A stretch of DNA of 64,000 nt from Clostridia bacterium (GCA_017440005.1 JAFSIB010000071.1:2296-66295); one strand, 5' to 3'. Shown: positions 45,162-55,211, counted from the stretch's first letter. A program made the numbers and translations. The notes: generated from the letters alone by a model not told the origin.

Positions 45162-46319
45162 ATGGAAATTTTAACACTCAATAAGATCGCCGCGTGCGGT
45201 ACCGAGCGTTTCGGCGCCGGTTACGTGATTGGCGACGACGTTAAAGAACCGGTTGGCGTAATGGTGCGTTCCGCCGCCATGCACGATATGGAATTCCCGA
45301 AATCGTTGCTCGCGGTCGCCCGTGCCGGTGCCGGTGTCAACAACATTCCGCTTGACCGTTGCAGTGATGAAGGCATTGTGGTATTCAACACCCCCGGTGC
45401 CAACGCCAATGCCGTAAAAGAATTGGTGATCGCCGGTTTGCTGCTCGCATCCCGTAAAGTGGTGCCGGCAATCGAATGGGCAACGACCCTTAAGGGTAAG
45501 GGCGCGGAAGTCGGCAAGTTGGTTGAAAAAGGCAAGAGCCAGTTTGGCGGTCCCGAAATTCTGGGCAAAAAACTGGGTGTTATTGGTTTGGGCGCTATTG
45601 GTATTTTGGTTGCCAATGCTGCTAAATCGCTTGGTATGGAAGTGTACGGTTATGACCCGTACCTGTCGGTGGATGCGGCGTGGAGCCTGTCCCGTTCGAT
45701 CCATCATGCCGCCAGCATGGAGCAGATCTTTGCAGAATGCGATTACATCACGGTGCACGTACCGCTCAACGACGGTACCCGCGGCATGATCGGCAAAGAA
45801 AGCATTGCCACCATGAAAGACGGCGTGCGCATTTTAAACTTCGCCCGCGGCGAGTTGGTGGACAGCGAAGCCATGATCGCTGCTCTGGCAGACGGTAAAG
45901 TGGCGGCGTACGTGGTGGACTTCCCGTCCGATGAAATGTTGTGCGTGGAAAACGTGATCGCGATCCCGCACCTGGGGGCTTCCACTCCCGAAAGTGAAGA
46001 TAACTGTGCCATGATGGCGGCAGATGAACTCAAAGCGTATCTGGAGCGCGGTGTGATCCGCAATTCGGTGAACTTCCCCGCCATGGACGTGGAGAAGAGC
46101 GGCGATGTGCGCATCTGCGTGTTGCACCGTAACGTGCCCAATATGTTGGCACAGATCAGCGGTGTGGTTTCCGAAGCGGGCGTCAACATTGATACGTTGA
46201 CCAACCGTTCCAAGAAAGACAACGCGTATACGGTGCTCGATATTGTCGGCGACGTTCCCGCGAACGTGATCGACGGTATTCAGGCGATCGACGGCGTTAT
46301 CCGTGTACGGAAGATCTAA
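45162..46319 (+). CDS. serA: D-3-phosphoglycerate dehydrogenase with C-terminal ACT domain
   Basis: NAD-binding GVIGLGAIG, 2-hydroxyacid dehydrogenase catalytic region (FARGELVD, HLGAST), and an ACT-like tail. Confidence 0.9.
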   Translation: MEILTLNKIAACGTERFGAGYVIGDDVKEPVGVMVRSAAMHDMEFPKSLLAVARAGAGVNNIPLDRCSDEGIVVFNTPGANANAVKELVIAGLLLASRKVVPAIEWATTLKGKGAEVGKLVEKGKSQFGGPEILGKKLGVIGLGAIGILVANAAKSLGMEVYGYDPYLSVDAAWSLSRSIHHAASMEQIFAECDYITVHVPLNDGTRGMIGKESIATMKDGVRILNFARGELVDSEAMIAALADGKVAAYVVDFPSDEMLCVENVIAIPHLGASTPESEDNCAMMAADELKAYLERGVIRNSVNFPAMDVEKSGDVRICVLHRNVPNMLAQISGVVSEAGVNIDTLTNRSKKDNAYTVLDIVGDVPANVIDGIQAIDGVIRVRKI

Positions 46320-46331
46320 ACTTGTATGGAT

Positions 46332-46365
46332 GCGGCACCGTTTTGGCGGTGCCGCGTTTTGTTTT
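46332..46365 (+). terminator. Intrinsic terminator after serA
   Basis: GCGGCACCG (46332-46340) pairs with CGGTGCCGC (46347-46355), followed by GTTTTGTTTT. Confidence 0.8.
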
Positions 46366-46386
46366 AAGGAAAGGATGGATACCGAT

Positions 46387-47160
46387 ATGCCGAAAACACT
46401 CCTGCGTATTGTGCTTGCAATCGTGTGCGGTGGCATTGCGGTCTGGGGCGTTTTGCCGACGTTTAACGGTCGGTTTCACGCGGGCTGTATCACCATGGTG
46501 TTGGTGGGTGGTGCCGGTTTGGCGGTGTGTATTTGGTTTCCGCACGTGGCACGGTTTGTGGCTTCGTGCTGGCAAAATGCCGTTTGGAAAGGCGTGTTGA
46601 TCGTTGTTACCGCATTGGTGGCGGCGTTACTCTTGTTGTTTGTCGTGGTGTCGGGATTTATGATCGCGGCGTGTGCCAAACAACCAAGCGAAGAAGCGAC
46701 CGTGATCGTGTTGGGTGCTGCGTTGCGCGGTGACCGTCCCAGTTTGTCCCTGCGCACGCGTTTGGAGGCGGCGCAGGCGTATCTGGAAGAACACCCGCAA
46801 GCCGTCTGCATTGTATCGGGCGGGCAGGGCCCCGATGAGATCTGCACTGAGGCGAGTGTCATGAAACGGTGGCTTGTGGAACGCGGCATTGCCGAGGAAC
46901 GTATTTACGAGGAAGACCGTTCCACCAGTACGTATGAAAACATTTGCCATTCCCGCGAACTCATTGAGCAGGAACATCTGAACCCGAACGTGGCGATCGT
47001 CACGCAGGAATTTCACCAGTTCCGTGCGCAACAATTTGTAAAGCGCGCCGGGTTGACGGTTTCGGGTGCTATCACGGCGCATACGCCGTGGTACCTGCTT
47101 GCCAGTTACTGGATCCGCGATTTTGCGGGAATCTGTCACATGACTCTTTTGGGGACATAA
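46387..47160 (+). CDS. DUF218 (YdcF/ElyC/SanA-like) membrane-anchored protein
   Basis: Three N-terminal TM segments, then VIVLGAALRGDRPS, VSGGQGPDE...EASVM and STSTYEN blocks. The start may be ATG 46375 or 46387. Confidence 0.75.
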   Translation: MPKTLLRIVLAIVCGGIAVWGVLPTFNGRFHAGCITMVLVGGAGLAVCIWFPHVARFVASCWQNAVWKGVLIVVTALVAALLLLFVVVSGFMIAACAKQPSEEATVIVLGAALRGDRPSLSLRTRLEAAQAYLEEHPQAVCIVSGGQGPDEICTEASVMKRWLVERGIAEERIYEEDRSTSTYENICHSRELIEQEHLNPNVAIVTQEFHQFRAQQFVKRAGLTVSGAITAHTPWYLLASYWIRDFAGICHMTLLGT

Positions 47161-47164
47161 TCAA

Positions 47165-47197
47165 AAGCACCGACTGACAGAATGTCAGTCGGTGCTT
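47165..47197. terminator. Bidirectional terminator between convergent genes
   Basis: 15-bp stem: AAGCACCGACTGACA (47165-47179) pairs with TGTCAGTCGGTGCTT (47183-47197). Confidence 0.8.
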
Positions 47198-47200
47198 ATT

Positions 47201-47710
47201 TTATGGGGACGTTTTTACATTTGAAAAGGTGACCGAGAGCGGGAGTGCGGGGACGGTGAGCGAAAGCGGCGCGCCGCTTTGGGCATCGTACACATACGTG
47301 TACGGAAGATCCCCCGCAAGACCGGTTACGGTAATTTGACCGTCTTTCTCTGTGCGTTCTCCCTCACCGTGTAATGCCGCGTTGAACGCCTGCAGTAATT
47401 GTTCGCCCAACGCCTGCTCCGGCAGTTTGGCAGAGTCCACCGTATAGGACAGTCCCAGATACTGAAGGGTAACGGCATCGCCGTTCCATTCCGCAGACAA
47501 CCCATTCAGTGTTTGGGGTTCTGAAAAGTCCAACTGTAACGTATCGGCGGTGCGGCGGGTGAGTGTTCCCGCGGCGGTCATGTTGTTGTACTGCGCCCGA
47601 AACTCACAGACAAAATCCGTGGTCAGCGGATCTGCGGGTTTGGGCTTATGACAAGCCGTGCAGACAAGGGGAATGAATAAACACAAAACAGTCGCTAAGC
47701 GACGGCGCAT
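47201..47710 (-). CDS. Putative lipoprotein, function unknown
   Basis: Signal peptide MRRRLATVLCLFIPLVCTAC with a Cys-containing lipobox-like end. The remainder is soluble and beta-rich. Confidence 0.5.
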   Translation of the reverse strand: MRRRLATVLCLFIPLVCTACHKPKPADPLTTDFVCEFRAQYNNMTAAGTLTRRTADTLQLDFSEPQTLNGLSAEWNGDAVTLQYLGLSYTVDSAKLPEQALGEQLLQAFNAALHGEGERTEKDGQITVTGLAGDLPYTYVYDAQSGAPLSLTVPALPLSVTFSNVKTSP

Positions 47711-47724
47711 AAGCTGTTCGACTC

Positions 47725-48579
47725 CTATTGTTCAAGTTGCAGAAACAGCGCACCCAGCTCATCCATTATGTCGGTTGGCAACAACGCGTGTTGCGAAACC
47801 TTTGCGGCGGCGCGATCACCGGCCGCGCCGTGCAGATATACACCGCAACAAGCGGCATCCCACGGAGATAACCCTTGTGCCGCCAGTCCGGCAATTATGC
47901 CGGCGAGCACGTCGCCGCTTCCGGCGACTGCCATGCCGGGGTTGCCGGTATCGTTTACAAACACCGTTCCGTTTGGTTGAGCGATCACGGTGCGGTGCCC
48001 TTTCAGTACCACGGTTGCCCCAAAACGCCGAGCGGCGGTTTTGGCAACGGTTTGCCGATCCGCCTGCACTTGTGCGACGGTCAGATTCAGTAACCGCGCA
48101 AGTTCGGCAGGATGCGGAGTCAGGATGAGCGGTGCGTGCGCTGCTTCTACTATAGATATATGCCGCGCCGCCGCATTTATGCCGTCTGCATCCAAAATAA
48201 TCGGGGTTTCGGTTTGCGCAAACAAAGCAGTAACCAGTTCTGCGGTTTGGGCGGTGTTGCCGAGTCCGCATCCGATCAACACCGCGGTTGCCTTTTTCAA
48301 AAACGGTTGCATTTGTGTCATTTTAGCGGCGGCAGACCCCTCGGCAAGGGGGCAGAACACCACTTCGGGCAGTTGCGCGGCGGCGATGGGGTAGACCGAT
48401 TTGGGTACTGCCGATACCACCAAACCCGTTCCGCAACGGCCTGCGGCACGCGCTGCCAACACGGCGGCACCCACCATGCCGTAACTGCCGCAGACCGAAA
48501 GCAACGTGCCGTACGTGCCCTTGTGACTATCTACTTTACGCGGCGGAAAACACGCGCGAATGTGTTGAGGAATATCCAT
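47725..48579 (-). CDS. ADP-dependent NAD(P)H-hydrate dehydratase (YjeF C-terminal family)
   Basis: SHKGTYGTLLSVCGS, GNPGMAVAGSGDVLAGII. ATG 48579 follows AAAGGAG; the track start at 48645 was trimmed. Confidence 0.85.
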   Translation of the reverse strand: MDIPQHIRACFPPRKVDSHKGTYGTLLSVCGSYGMVGAAVLAARAAGRCGTGLVVSAVPKSVYPIAAAQLPEVVFCPLAEGSAAAKMTQMQPFLKKATAVLIGCGLGNTAQTAELVTALFAQTETPIILDADGINAAARHISIVEAAHAPLILTPHPAELARLLNLTVAQVQADRQTVAKTAARRFGATVVLKGHRTVIAQPNGTVFVNDTGNPGMAVAGSGDVLAGIIAGLAAQGLSPWDAACCGVYLHGAAGDRAAAKVSQHALLPTDIMDELGALFLQLEQ

Positions 48580-48595
48580 GGTTTTCTCCTTTGAA

Positions 48596-48620
48596 AAAAG
48601 GCAGCCGTTGGCTGCCTTTT
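48596..48620 (-). terminator. Intrinsic terminator (minus strand)
   Basis: AAAAGGCAGCC (48596-48606) pairs with GGCTGCCTTTT (48610-48620). On the minus strand it is followed by T6. Confidence 0.75.
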
Positions 48621-48626
48621 GTATAC

Positions 48627-49148
48627 TTATTCGTCTTTGTCCCAATCCAGTTGCACCAGTTTGGGCAATCCCTCATACAAGGATTCTTTTACGCGGTCAT
48701 CCGGTTGGAAGATCACCAACGTGTTGCCGCGTTTTTTACTGTGATACGTGAAATAATACAAATTCTCTTCACGGTCAGACGGTGCGGCGACCACGGTGCG
48801 ATCAATATTGCGACCCGTCCATTTTTCCGGCACGTACCGTCCCGCACTTTCAATCTTGCGGCCGGCAACCGATACGATGCGTTCCCGTTTGCGCTGAGCA
48901 ACGATGCGGTCAATATCGATATCACCGTTGGTGACGCAATATTCATATTCAATGTTTTGCGCGGTCAACAGATACCAAGCACCGTAAAACACCGCCACAA
49001 TGATGATGGCGGACAACGGGCCAACGATACCGATGAGCAAGACGGAAAGCGCCAACAGTATCAAAGCCAACAGAATCGTGCCGGCAATGGCAACGATCTG
49101 CCCCGTACTTTTTTTCTTTTTGACCAATTGTTCCACGAATATATCCAT
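48627..49148 (-). CDS. Membrane-anchored protein, function unknown
   Basis: AAAGGAGAAAA RBS before ATG 49148. Basic N-terminus, two TM segments, and a soluble C-terminal domain. Confidence 0.55.
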   Translation of the reverse strand: MDIFVEQLVKKKKSTGQIVAIAGTILLALILLALSVLLIGIVGPLSAIIIVAVFYGAWYLLTAQNIEYEYCVTNGDIDIDRIVAQRKRERIVSVAGRKIESAGRYVPEKWTGRNIDRTVVAAPSDREENLYYFTYHSKKRGNTLVIFQPDDRVKESLYEGLPKLVQLDWDKDE

Positions 49149-49245
49149 GGCGTTTTCTCCTTTCGGGATGCTCCTCACGGCGCCGCAAAATCCCTCTGCA
49201 CTTTAGTATAGCATACCTTTTTGGGGTATTGCAAGGGGAAGCGTA

Positions 49246-51084
49246 CTATTTTTCCCGATAATAGTCGACGATTTTCTCCGCCGCAGGCCGCGTCATACCC
49301 TTGACCGCGGCGAGTTGATCAACGGTTGCCTCACGCACGGCGCGCAGGGAGCCGAAATGACGCAATAACAGTGCGGAGCGTTTGGCACCGATTCCCTCAA
49401 TATCAGTCAAGGAAGAAACCGTGCTTTGTTTACGGCGTTTTTGGCGGTGGTAGGTAATGGCAAAGCGGTGCACTTCATCCTGAATGGCAGAAACCAGGGA
49501 GAACGCACTGCGGCAGGCACTCATGGACAGTTCTGCGCCGATTTCCGTGATAGCGCGGGTGCGATGATGGGAGTCTTTGACAAGACCGAACACGGGAATA
49601 CCGTGCCCGAAACTGTCAACAAGCGGTTTCACGGCGGCAACATGACCTTTGCCGCCGTCCAGCAAAATGAGATCGGGAAGCGTGCCGAAGCCCGCGTCAT
49701 CGGGCGACGTTTGGTGTTCCCGCAAGCGGCGGTCCAGCACCTCACGCATGCAGGCATAGTCATCCTGCCCGACAACGGTTTTGATGGCGAAACGGCGGTA
49801 AGCGGATTTGAGCGGTTTGCCGTTTTGGAATACCACCATGGCACCCACCACTTCACTGCCGCCGGTGTGAGAAATATCGTAACTTTCAATGCGGGCGGGC
49901 GGTTCGGGCAATCCCAATAACTGTTGCAGTTCCGATAACGCGGCAACGTCGCGCCCGCGCATGCTGAGTTGTTGTGCCACCCGTTCGGCGGCGTTATCGC
50001 GGCACATAGCAAGCAGTTGCGCTTGTTCACCGCGTTCCGGATACACAAACCGCACCGTATACCGCGCGCCGTTTTCCGCTGCCTTTTGTGTTAACCATTC
50101 TTCCAGCAACGCGGCGTCTTCGATCTCACCGTCCAATACGATGCGCGGCGGAACCGAATCACGCAGGGAATAATAGCGGCGCAAAAATTCCGCGCGGAGA
50201 GCGGGCAGGTCAACGGACGGGTCAACCGTGAAATGTTCACGGTCGGACAAGGCGCCGTCATGAAAACGGAAGACCTCAAAGCAGGCAACGCCTTGTGATA
50301 CGGCAACGGCAACAATATCCTGCCGCTTGACGCGGGATTGCACCACTTTCTGCGTGGCGTTCAGTTTTTCCAAAGCGCGCAGGCGATCGCGCAACCGTGC
50401 GGCGGTTTCAAAATCCAGATTTTCCGCGGCAGCTTCCATGCGTTTACGCAAAGACGCCGCCAGTTTGTGCCGTCCTTGGGTGAGATACGTGATCGCTTGC
50501 TCCACCCGTTCCGCATAATCGGCGGGGGCGATCCTGCCGGTGCAGGGGGCGCAACATTGCCCGATATAATGATTCAGACACGGGCGGTCAGTGGCGCGGC
50601 GGAAACAAAGCGGTTTACGGCAGGTGGACAGTTCAAACAGTTTGTTGACTTCGTCCACCGCCTGCTTAATGGCAAACGACGACAAGTACGGTCCGATATA
50701 CCGCGCGCCGTCATCTTCTTTTTGTTTAGCTTCACTGATGCGGGAATACGGAGGCGGCGAGATGCGGATATAGTGATACCCTTTATCGTCTTTTAACAGA
50801 ATGTTATACTTGGGGGAATACTGTTTGATCAGCGAACATTCCAGCACCAACGCTTCAAACTCACTGCCGGTGACAATGTAATCAAACCGATCCACGCGGC
50901 TGACCATCTGCCGCACCTTTTCGGTATGGTTGGTGTCAGAGCCGAAATACTGGCTGACGCGATTTTTGAGAATTTTTGCTTTGCCGATGTAAATGACCGT
51001 GCCGGTGTGATCTTTCATGATGTACACACCGGGATCGGTGGGCAACGCCATAGCGGCTTTGCGAAGTTCCTGCTTTTTATCCAC
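49246..51084 (-). CDS. uvrC: Excinuclease ABC subunit C
   Basis: GIY-YIG N-terminus (PGVYIMKD...IYIGKA), UVR domain, and C-terminal HhH (GIGAKRSALLLRHFGS). Confidence 0.95.
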   Translation of the reverse strand: MDKKQELRKAAMALPTDPGVYIMKDHTGTVIYIGKAKILKNRVSQYFGSDTNHTEKVRQMVSRVDRFDYIVTGSEFEALVLECSLIKQYSPKYNILLKDDKGYHYIRISPPPYSRISEAKQKEDDGARYIGPYLSSFAIKQAVDEVNKLFELSTCRKPLCFRRATDRPCLNHYIGQCCAPCTGRIAPADYAERVEQAITYLTQGRHKLAASLRKRMEAAAENLDFETAARLRDRLRALEKLNATQKVVQSRVKRQDIVAVAVSQGVACFEVFRFHDGALSDREHFTVDPSVDLPALRAEFLRRYYSLRDSVPPRIVLDGEIEDAALLEEWLTQKAAENGARYTVRFVYPERGEQAQLLAMCRDNAAERVAQQLSMRGRDVAALSELQQLLGLPEPPARIESYDISHTGGSEVVGAMVVFQNGKPLKSAYRRFAIKTVVGQDDYACMREVLDRRLREHQTSPDDAGFGTLPDLILLDGGKGHVAAVKPLVDSFGHGIPVFGLVKDSHHRTRAITEIGAELSMSACRSAFSLVSAIQDEVHRFAITYHRQKRRKQSTVSSLTDIEGIGAKRSALLLRHFGSLRAVREATVDQLAAVKGMTRPAAEKIVDYYREK

Positions 51085-51106
51085 AAACTCACCTCCCTTT
51101 CAAGAC

Positions 51107-51136
51107 AAAAAGGCGCAGCCGTACCGGCTGCGCCTT
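51107..51136 (-). terminator. Intrinsic terminator after ptsH (minus strand)
   Basis: AAGGCGCAGCC (51110-51120) pairs with GGCTGCGCCTT (51126-51136). There is a T-run on the minus strand. Confidence 0.7.
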
Positions 51137-51150
51137 GCGAATACACAATT

Positions 51151-51414
51151 TTACTCCGTGAAACCGGACTGTACCAAGGATACCAAAGCATCCACAGCGG
51201 CTTCTTCATCGTTGCCGTCCGCAATGATGCGGATGGTGGTGCCGCCTACGATACCGAGCGACAAAACACCCAACAAGCTTTTTGCGTTGACGCGACGCTC
51301 CTCTTTTTCAACCCAAATGGACGATTTGAATTCGTTCGCTTTCTGAATGAAAAAAGTGGCCGGACGAGCATGCAGACCGACTTGGTTCTGAACCAAAACA
51401 TCTTTAACACACAT
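51151..51414 (-). CDS. ptsH: Phosphocarrier protein HPr
   Basis: His15 motif VGLHARPA and Ser46 motif NAKSLLGVLSLG. GAGGGAG RBS before ATG 51414. Confidence 0.9.
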   Translation of the reverse strand: MCVKDVLVQNQVGLHARPATFFIQKANEFKSSIWVEKEERRVNAKSLLGVLSLGIVGGTTIRIIADGNDEEAAVDALVSLVQSGFTE

Positions 51415-51462
51415 AATGAAATCTCCCTCTCTCATCACGTCTAAAAACTTATCACTATACAT

Positions 51463-51490
51463 AGTATAGCACAAACTACGCAACCGTCAA
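51463..51490 (-). promoter_or_regulatory. Sigma-A type promoter for ptsH
   Basis: On the minus strand: TTGACG (51490-51485), 16 nt, TGcTATACT (-10 at 51468-51463). Confidence 0.45.
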
Positions 51491-51600
51491 ACAAAAAACG
51501 CGCAAAAAAACACGATTTTTGAAATTTTGGAAGCCTGCCCTATTTTGAAAAAAACCAAACTGTCGGAATTGTTCAAAATGACGGGGTTGTTGAAAGGTTT

Positions 51601-52338
51601 TTAGTGACTATCACGCTTTTGGTCTTCCAAAAACGCTTTTTCTTTGGGTGTCAGGTCTGCGGTTTCCAATAAATCGGGACGATGACGGAGCGTGCGCAAT
51701 AAGGATTGTTCCCGCCGCCACGCCGCAATATTCTCATGATGTCCCGATAATAAAACGGGCGGCACTTCACGACCTTCCCATACGGCAGGGCGCGTATACT
51801 GCGGGTATTCGAGCAGCGAGGCAAAATGACTTTCTTCCGTGAAGCAGATCTCATCGGACAACACGCCGGGGATCATGCGGGAAATGCAATCCGCCAACAC
51901 GAGCGCGGGCAATTCGCCGCCGGTCAACACGTAATCGCCAATGGAGATCTGTTCGTCCACCATGGCATCCAATACGCGTTCGTCCACACCTTCATAATGC
52001 CCGCAAAGCAGACAGATCTCCGGCAACTGCGCCAGTTCGCGCGCACGCTTTTGCGTGAGTGTTTTGCCTTGCGGCGATAAATAAATGAAGTGGGGACGGT
52101 GCCCGATCTGTTCACACACCGCGCGGAAACAGTCGGCGATGGGTTGGGCGTTCATCACCATACCCATGCCGCCGCCGTACGGGTAGTCATCCACCTGCTT
52201 TTGCCGATTTTCGGTATAATCGCGAATCTGGTGGAAATGAAAGTCCAGAATTCCCCGTTCACGTGCACGGCCGATAATGCTTTCGCCAAGCATGGTGTTG
52301 CAGGAATCGGGGAACAGGGTCAGAAAATCAATTCTCAT
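51601..52338 (-). CDS. trmD: tRNA (guanine37-N1)-methyltransferase
   Basis: MRIDFLTLFP, DDYPYGGGMGM, CGHYEGVDERV. Confidence 0.95.
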   Translation of the reverse strand: MRIDFLTLFPDSCNTMLGESIIGRARERGILDFHFHQIRDYTENRQKQVDDYPYGGGMGMVMNAQPIADCFRAVCEQIGHRPHFIYLSPQGKTLTQKRARELAQLPEICLLCGHYEGVDERVLDAMVDEQISIGDYVLTGGELPALVLADCISRMIPGVLSDEICFTEESHFASLLEYPQYTRPAVWEGREVPPVLLSGHHENIAAWRREQSLLRTLRHRPDLLETADLTPKEKAFLEDQKRDSH

Positions 52339-52846
52339 CGTCAAACAATCCTAACATGGGAAAAATTCGGATGGTATCGCGCTCAATATCCACTTTGCGG
52401 ATCACATCGGGGATCGCGGGGATCAGGATCTCGCGCCCATCGGATGTGCGCAGGTGATACACGTCGTTGGAACCGGTGTGTGTTACATCGGTACACGTAC
52501 CGTACACTTCATCCGTATCGTCATCCACGACTTGCGCACCGATCAGATCACAGATGAAATAACGGCCTTTTTCCAATTTGAGGTCACGGCGGTTGAGGTA
52601 CAACATGGTCCCGCGCAACGCTGCCGCGGCTTCCACGGTATCCACACCGTCCAATTTGGCAAGGGCGATATTTTTGTGTGTACGCGCTTTCATGCGAACG
52701 GATCGATTGCCTTCGGCGTCCAGATAAACCGTGCGCAACGTACAAAATTGCGCGGGTGAGTCACATTCGGGACGAACGCGCACCTCTCCCCGCACACCGT
52801 GTGTGCCGACGATCTCACCGGCTTCCAAAAACTGCAGTTTTGCCAT
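52328..52846 (-). CDS. rimM: 16S rRNA processing protein RimM
   Basis: GEIVGTHGVRGEVRV PRC-barrel family start. AAAGGAGGA RBS before ATG 52846. The long track extension was trimmed. Confidence 0.9.
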   Translation of the reverse strand: MAKLQFLEAGEIVGTHGVRGEVRVRPECDSPAQFCTLRTVYLDAEGNRSVRMKARTHKNIALAKLDGVDTVEAAAALRGTMLYLNRRDLKLEKGRYFICDLIGAQVVDDDTDEVYGTCTDVTHTGSNDVYHLRTSDGREILIPAIPDVIRKVDIERDTIRIFPMLGLFDDEN

Positions 52847-52861
52847 GGTGTCCTCCTTTGG

Positions 52862-52895
52862 AAAAAACCTCTCACAACACCGTTGTGAGAGGTTT
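52862..52895 (-). terminator. Terminator-like hairpin inside the rpsP-KH-rimM-trmD block (minus strand)
   Basis: 14-bp stem: 52865-52878 pairs with 52882-52895. On the minus strand it is followed by T6. Confidence 0.6.
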
Positions 52896-52904
52896 GCTTT
52901 TGTA

Positions 52905-53141
52905 TCAGTCGTCGATCTCAACCGACACTTTGGCATCCTGACGGGTAGCGGCAGCACGCATGACGGTACGCATTGCTTTGGCAATGCGGCCCTGCTTGCC
53001 GATCACACGACCCATATCGTCTGCCGCGACACGAAGGTGGAACACGATCGTGCCGTCTTCCGCGGGTTCATCCTGCGTGACGGTTACCGCATCGGGATCG
53101 TCCACAAGACCACGCGCGATGGTCAACAATAAGTCTTTCAT
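52905..53141 (-). CDS. KH-domain RNA-binding protein (YlqC/UPF0109)
   Basis: 78 aa with IGKQGRIAKAMRTV (GxxG KH motif). Conserved position after rpsP. Confidence 0.85.
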   Translation of the reverse strand: MKDLLLTIARGLVDDPDAVTVTQDEPAEDGTIVFHLRVAADDMGRVIGKQGRIAKAMRTVMRAAATRQDAKVSVEIDD

Positions 53142-53158
53142 CGGTGTTCAGCCTTTCC

Positions 53159-53398
53159 TTACATGCCGACTTTCTTCAAAAGATCTTTCACGGTATCGGT
53201 GGGCTGAGCGCCGTTGGCGATCCATTTCTGAGCTTTCTCGGTGTCGATTTTCACAACTGCCGGCTCTTCCAGCGGATTGTAGTAGCCGATCTCTTCGATG
53301 AAACGGCCGTCACGGGGATAACGGGAATCCGCCACCACAACGCGATAGAAGGGAGCTTTCTTTGCGCCCATGCGGCGCAGTCTGATTTTTACTGCCAT
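53159..53398 (-). CDS. rpsP: 30S ribosomal protein S16
   Basis: [26 protein letters not shown]. Confidence 0.95.
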   Translation of the reverse strand: MAVKIRLRRMGAKKAPFYRVVVADSRYPRDGRFIEEIGYYNPLEEPAVVKIDTEKAQKWIANGAQPTDTVKDLLKKVGM

Positions 53399-53457
53399 GT
53401 TGGTTACCTCCAAAAAGTACTGTTAAAATATATTCCTACCAACCAAAACGGTTGACA

Positions 53458-54813
53458 TTAGAAACCGAACGGATTACCTTTGCCGCCAAAGCCGGGCATC
53501 ATCATGCCGCGACCGCCTTTTTTGCCCATGTTTTTCATACGTTTCATGAGTTGTTTCATGGTATCGTACTGCTTGAGCAGGCGGTTCACGTCTTCCACGC
53601 GCATACCGCATCCGGCGGCGATACGCCGTTTGCGTGACGGATTGATGATATCGGGTTTGCGACGTTCTTTTTCCGTCATGGACAGGATGATGGCTTCAAT
53701 GCGGGCGAACTGCCGCTCATCGATATCCACATCCTTGAGTTGTTTGCCCATGCCGGGAATCATGCCGAGCAGACTTTTGATGTCGCCCATTTTCTGGATC
53801 TGACGGAATTGATCCAACATATCGTTGAAGTCGAACGTGTCCTGCTGCATTTTACGCGCCAGTTCTTCGGCTTCTTTTTCATCGATCTGTTGTTGCGCTT
53901 TTTCGATGAGCGACATCACATCACCCATGCCGAGAATACGCGATGCCATCCGCGCCGGATGGAACACTTCCAGATCGTCCAGTTTTTCGCCGGTACCCGC
54001 GAACTTGACCGGCTTGCCGGTGACTGCGCGGACCGATAACGCCGCACCGCCACGGGTATCACCGTCGAGTTTTGTTAAGATGACACCGTCAATGGACAAC
54101 GTTTCGTTGAACGATTGTGCAACGTTGACCGCGTCCTGACCGGTCATGGCATCCACCACAAGCAGAATTTCCTGCGGCGAGACCGCTTCACGGATATTTT
54201 TAAGTTCCGCCATCAGTTGTTCGTCAATATGCAGACGGCCGGCGGTATCCAGAATCACATAATCGTTGCCGTGATCCTTGGCGTGAGCAACCGCTTCTTT
54301 GGCGATGTGCACGGGATCGGCGGTGCCGCGTTCAAACACCGGCACGCCCGCGTTAGAACCGACCACCTGCAACTGCGTGATGGCGGCGGGACGGTATACG
54401 TCACACGCGACCAGCAACGGGCGGTGTCCTTGTCCTTTGAGCATTTTTGCCAGTTTGGCGGAATGCGTGGTTTTACCGGAACCCTGCAGACCGCACATCA
54501 TAATGATGCACGGCGGGCGATTGGCGTGAGCCAGTTTGGCGGCTTCGCCGCCCATCAGGTTGGTCAATTCTTCGTTGACCAGTTTGATGACCATTTGTGC
54601 CGGCGTGAGGCTTTCCATCACCTTTTCACCGACAGCACGCTCGGCAACGGTTGCCGTGAAATCTTTGGCAACTTTATAGTTGACGTCCGCTTCCAACAAA
54701 GCAAGGCGCACTTCGCGCATGGCTTCTTTGACATCGGACTCGGACAACTTACCTTTATTCTTTAACCGCTTGAATGCGGCAGAGAGTTTTTCGGACAGAC
54801 CTTCAAATGCCAC
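53458..54813 (-). CDS. ffh: Signal recognition particle protein Ffh
   Basis: GLQGSGKTT, DTAGR, TKLDGD and a Met-rich M domain. GTG start after GAGAGAGGT. Confidence 0.97.
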   Translation of the reverse strand: MAFEGLSEKLSAAFKRLKNKGKLSESDVKEAMREVRLALLEADVNYKVAKDFTATVAERAVGEKVMESLTPAQMVIKLVNEELTNLMGGEAAKLAHANRPPCIIMMCGLQGSGKTTHSAKLAKMLKGQGHRPLLVACDVYRPAAITQLQVVGSNAGVPVFERGTADPVHIAKEAVAHAKDHGNDYVILDTAGRLHIDEQLMAELKNIREAVSPQEILLVVDAMTGQDAVNVAQSFNETLSIDGVILTKLDGDTRGGAALSVRAVTGKPVKFAGTGEKLDDLEVFHPARMASRILGMGDVMSLIEKAQQQIDEKEAEELARKMQQDTFDFNDMLDQFRQIQKMGDIKSLLGMIPGMGKQLKDVDIDERQFARIEAIILSMTEKERRKPDIINPSRKRRIAAGCGMRVEDVNRLLKQYDTMKQLMKRMKNMGKKGGRGMMMPGFGGKGNPFGF

Positions 54814-54818
54814 GGCGC

Positions 54819-55184
54819 TTACCTCTCTCTCAATTCATCCGCCAACTGTACGATGCGCTTGGAGCGCTCGTCAATCTCGCGAGAGTAACGGGTACGGTCG
54901 TTGAGCATCTGGATATCCTGCGCCGCTTCACGGATGGATTCCAGGCCGTCACGCATATCGCGAAACCGCGCCGCCAAGTGTAACCGCTCTTCCATTTCGA
55001 TCATCTGTGCCTCGGCACGTTTGATGGAATCCCGCACACCCTGCCGTGTGATATCCTGACTTTCCGCAATTTCAGCAAGGGACAAATCCTCTTCATAATA
55101 CAATTCAAACACGTTGCGTTGTTTATCCGTCAACATATCGCCGTAAAAATCAAACAACCATACGATCTCCATGTTTTTTGCCAT
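54819..55184 (-). CDS. ylxM: YlxM/p13-like putative DNA-binding protein (UPF0122)
   Basis: LFDFYGDMLTDKQRNVFELYYEEDLSLAEIAE sigma-70 region-4-like HTH. Conserved position upstream of ffh. Confidence 0.85.
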   Translation of the reverse strand: MAKNMEIVWLFDFYGDMLTDKQRNVFELYYEEDLSLAEIAESQDITRQGVRDSIKRAEAQMIEMEERLHLAARFRDMRDGLESIREAAQDIQMLNDRTRYSREIDERSKRIVQLADELRER

Positions 55185-55211
55185 GTGATTTATCCCCCTT
55201 TCTGCCAAAAC

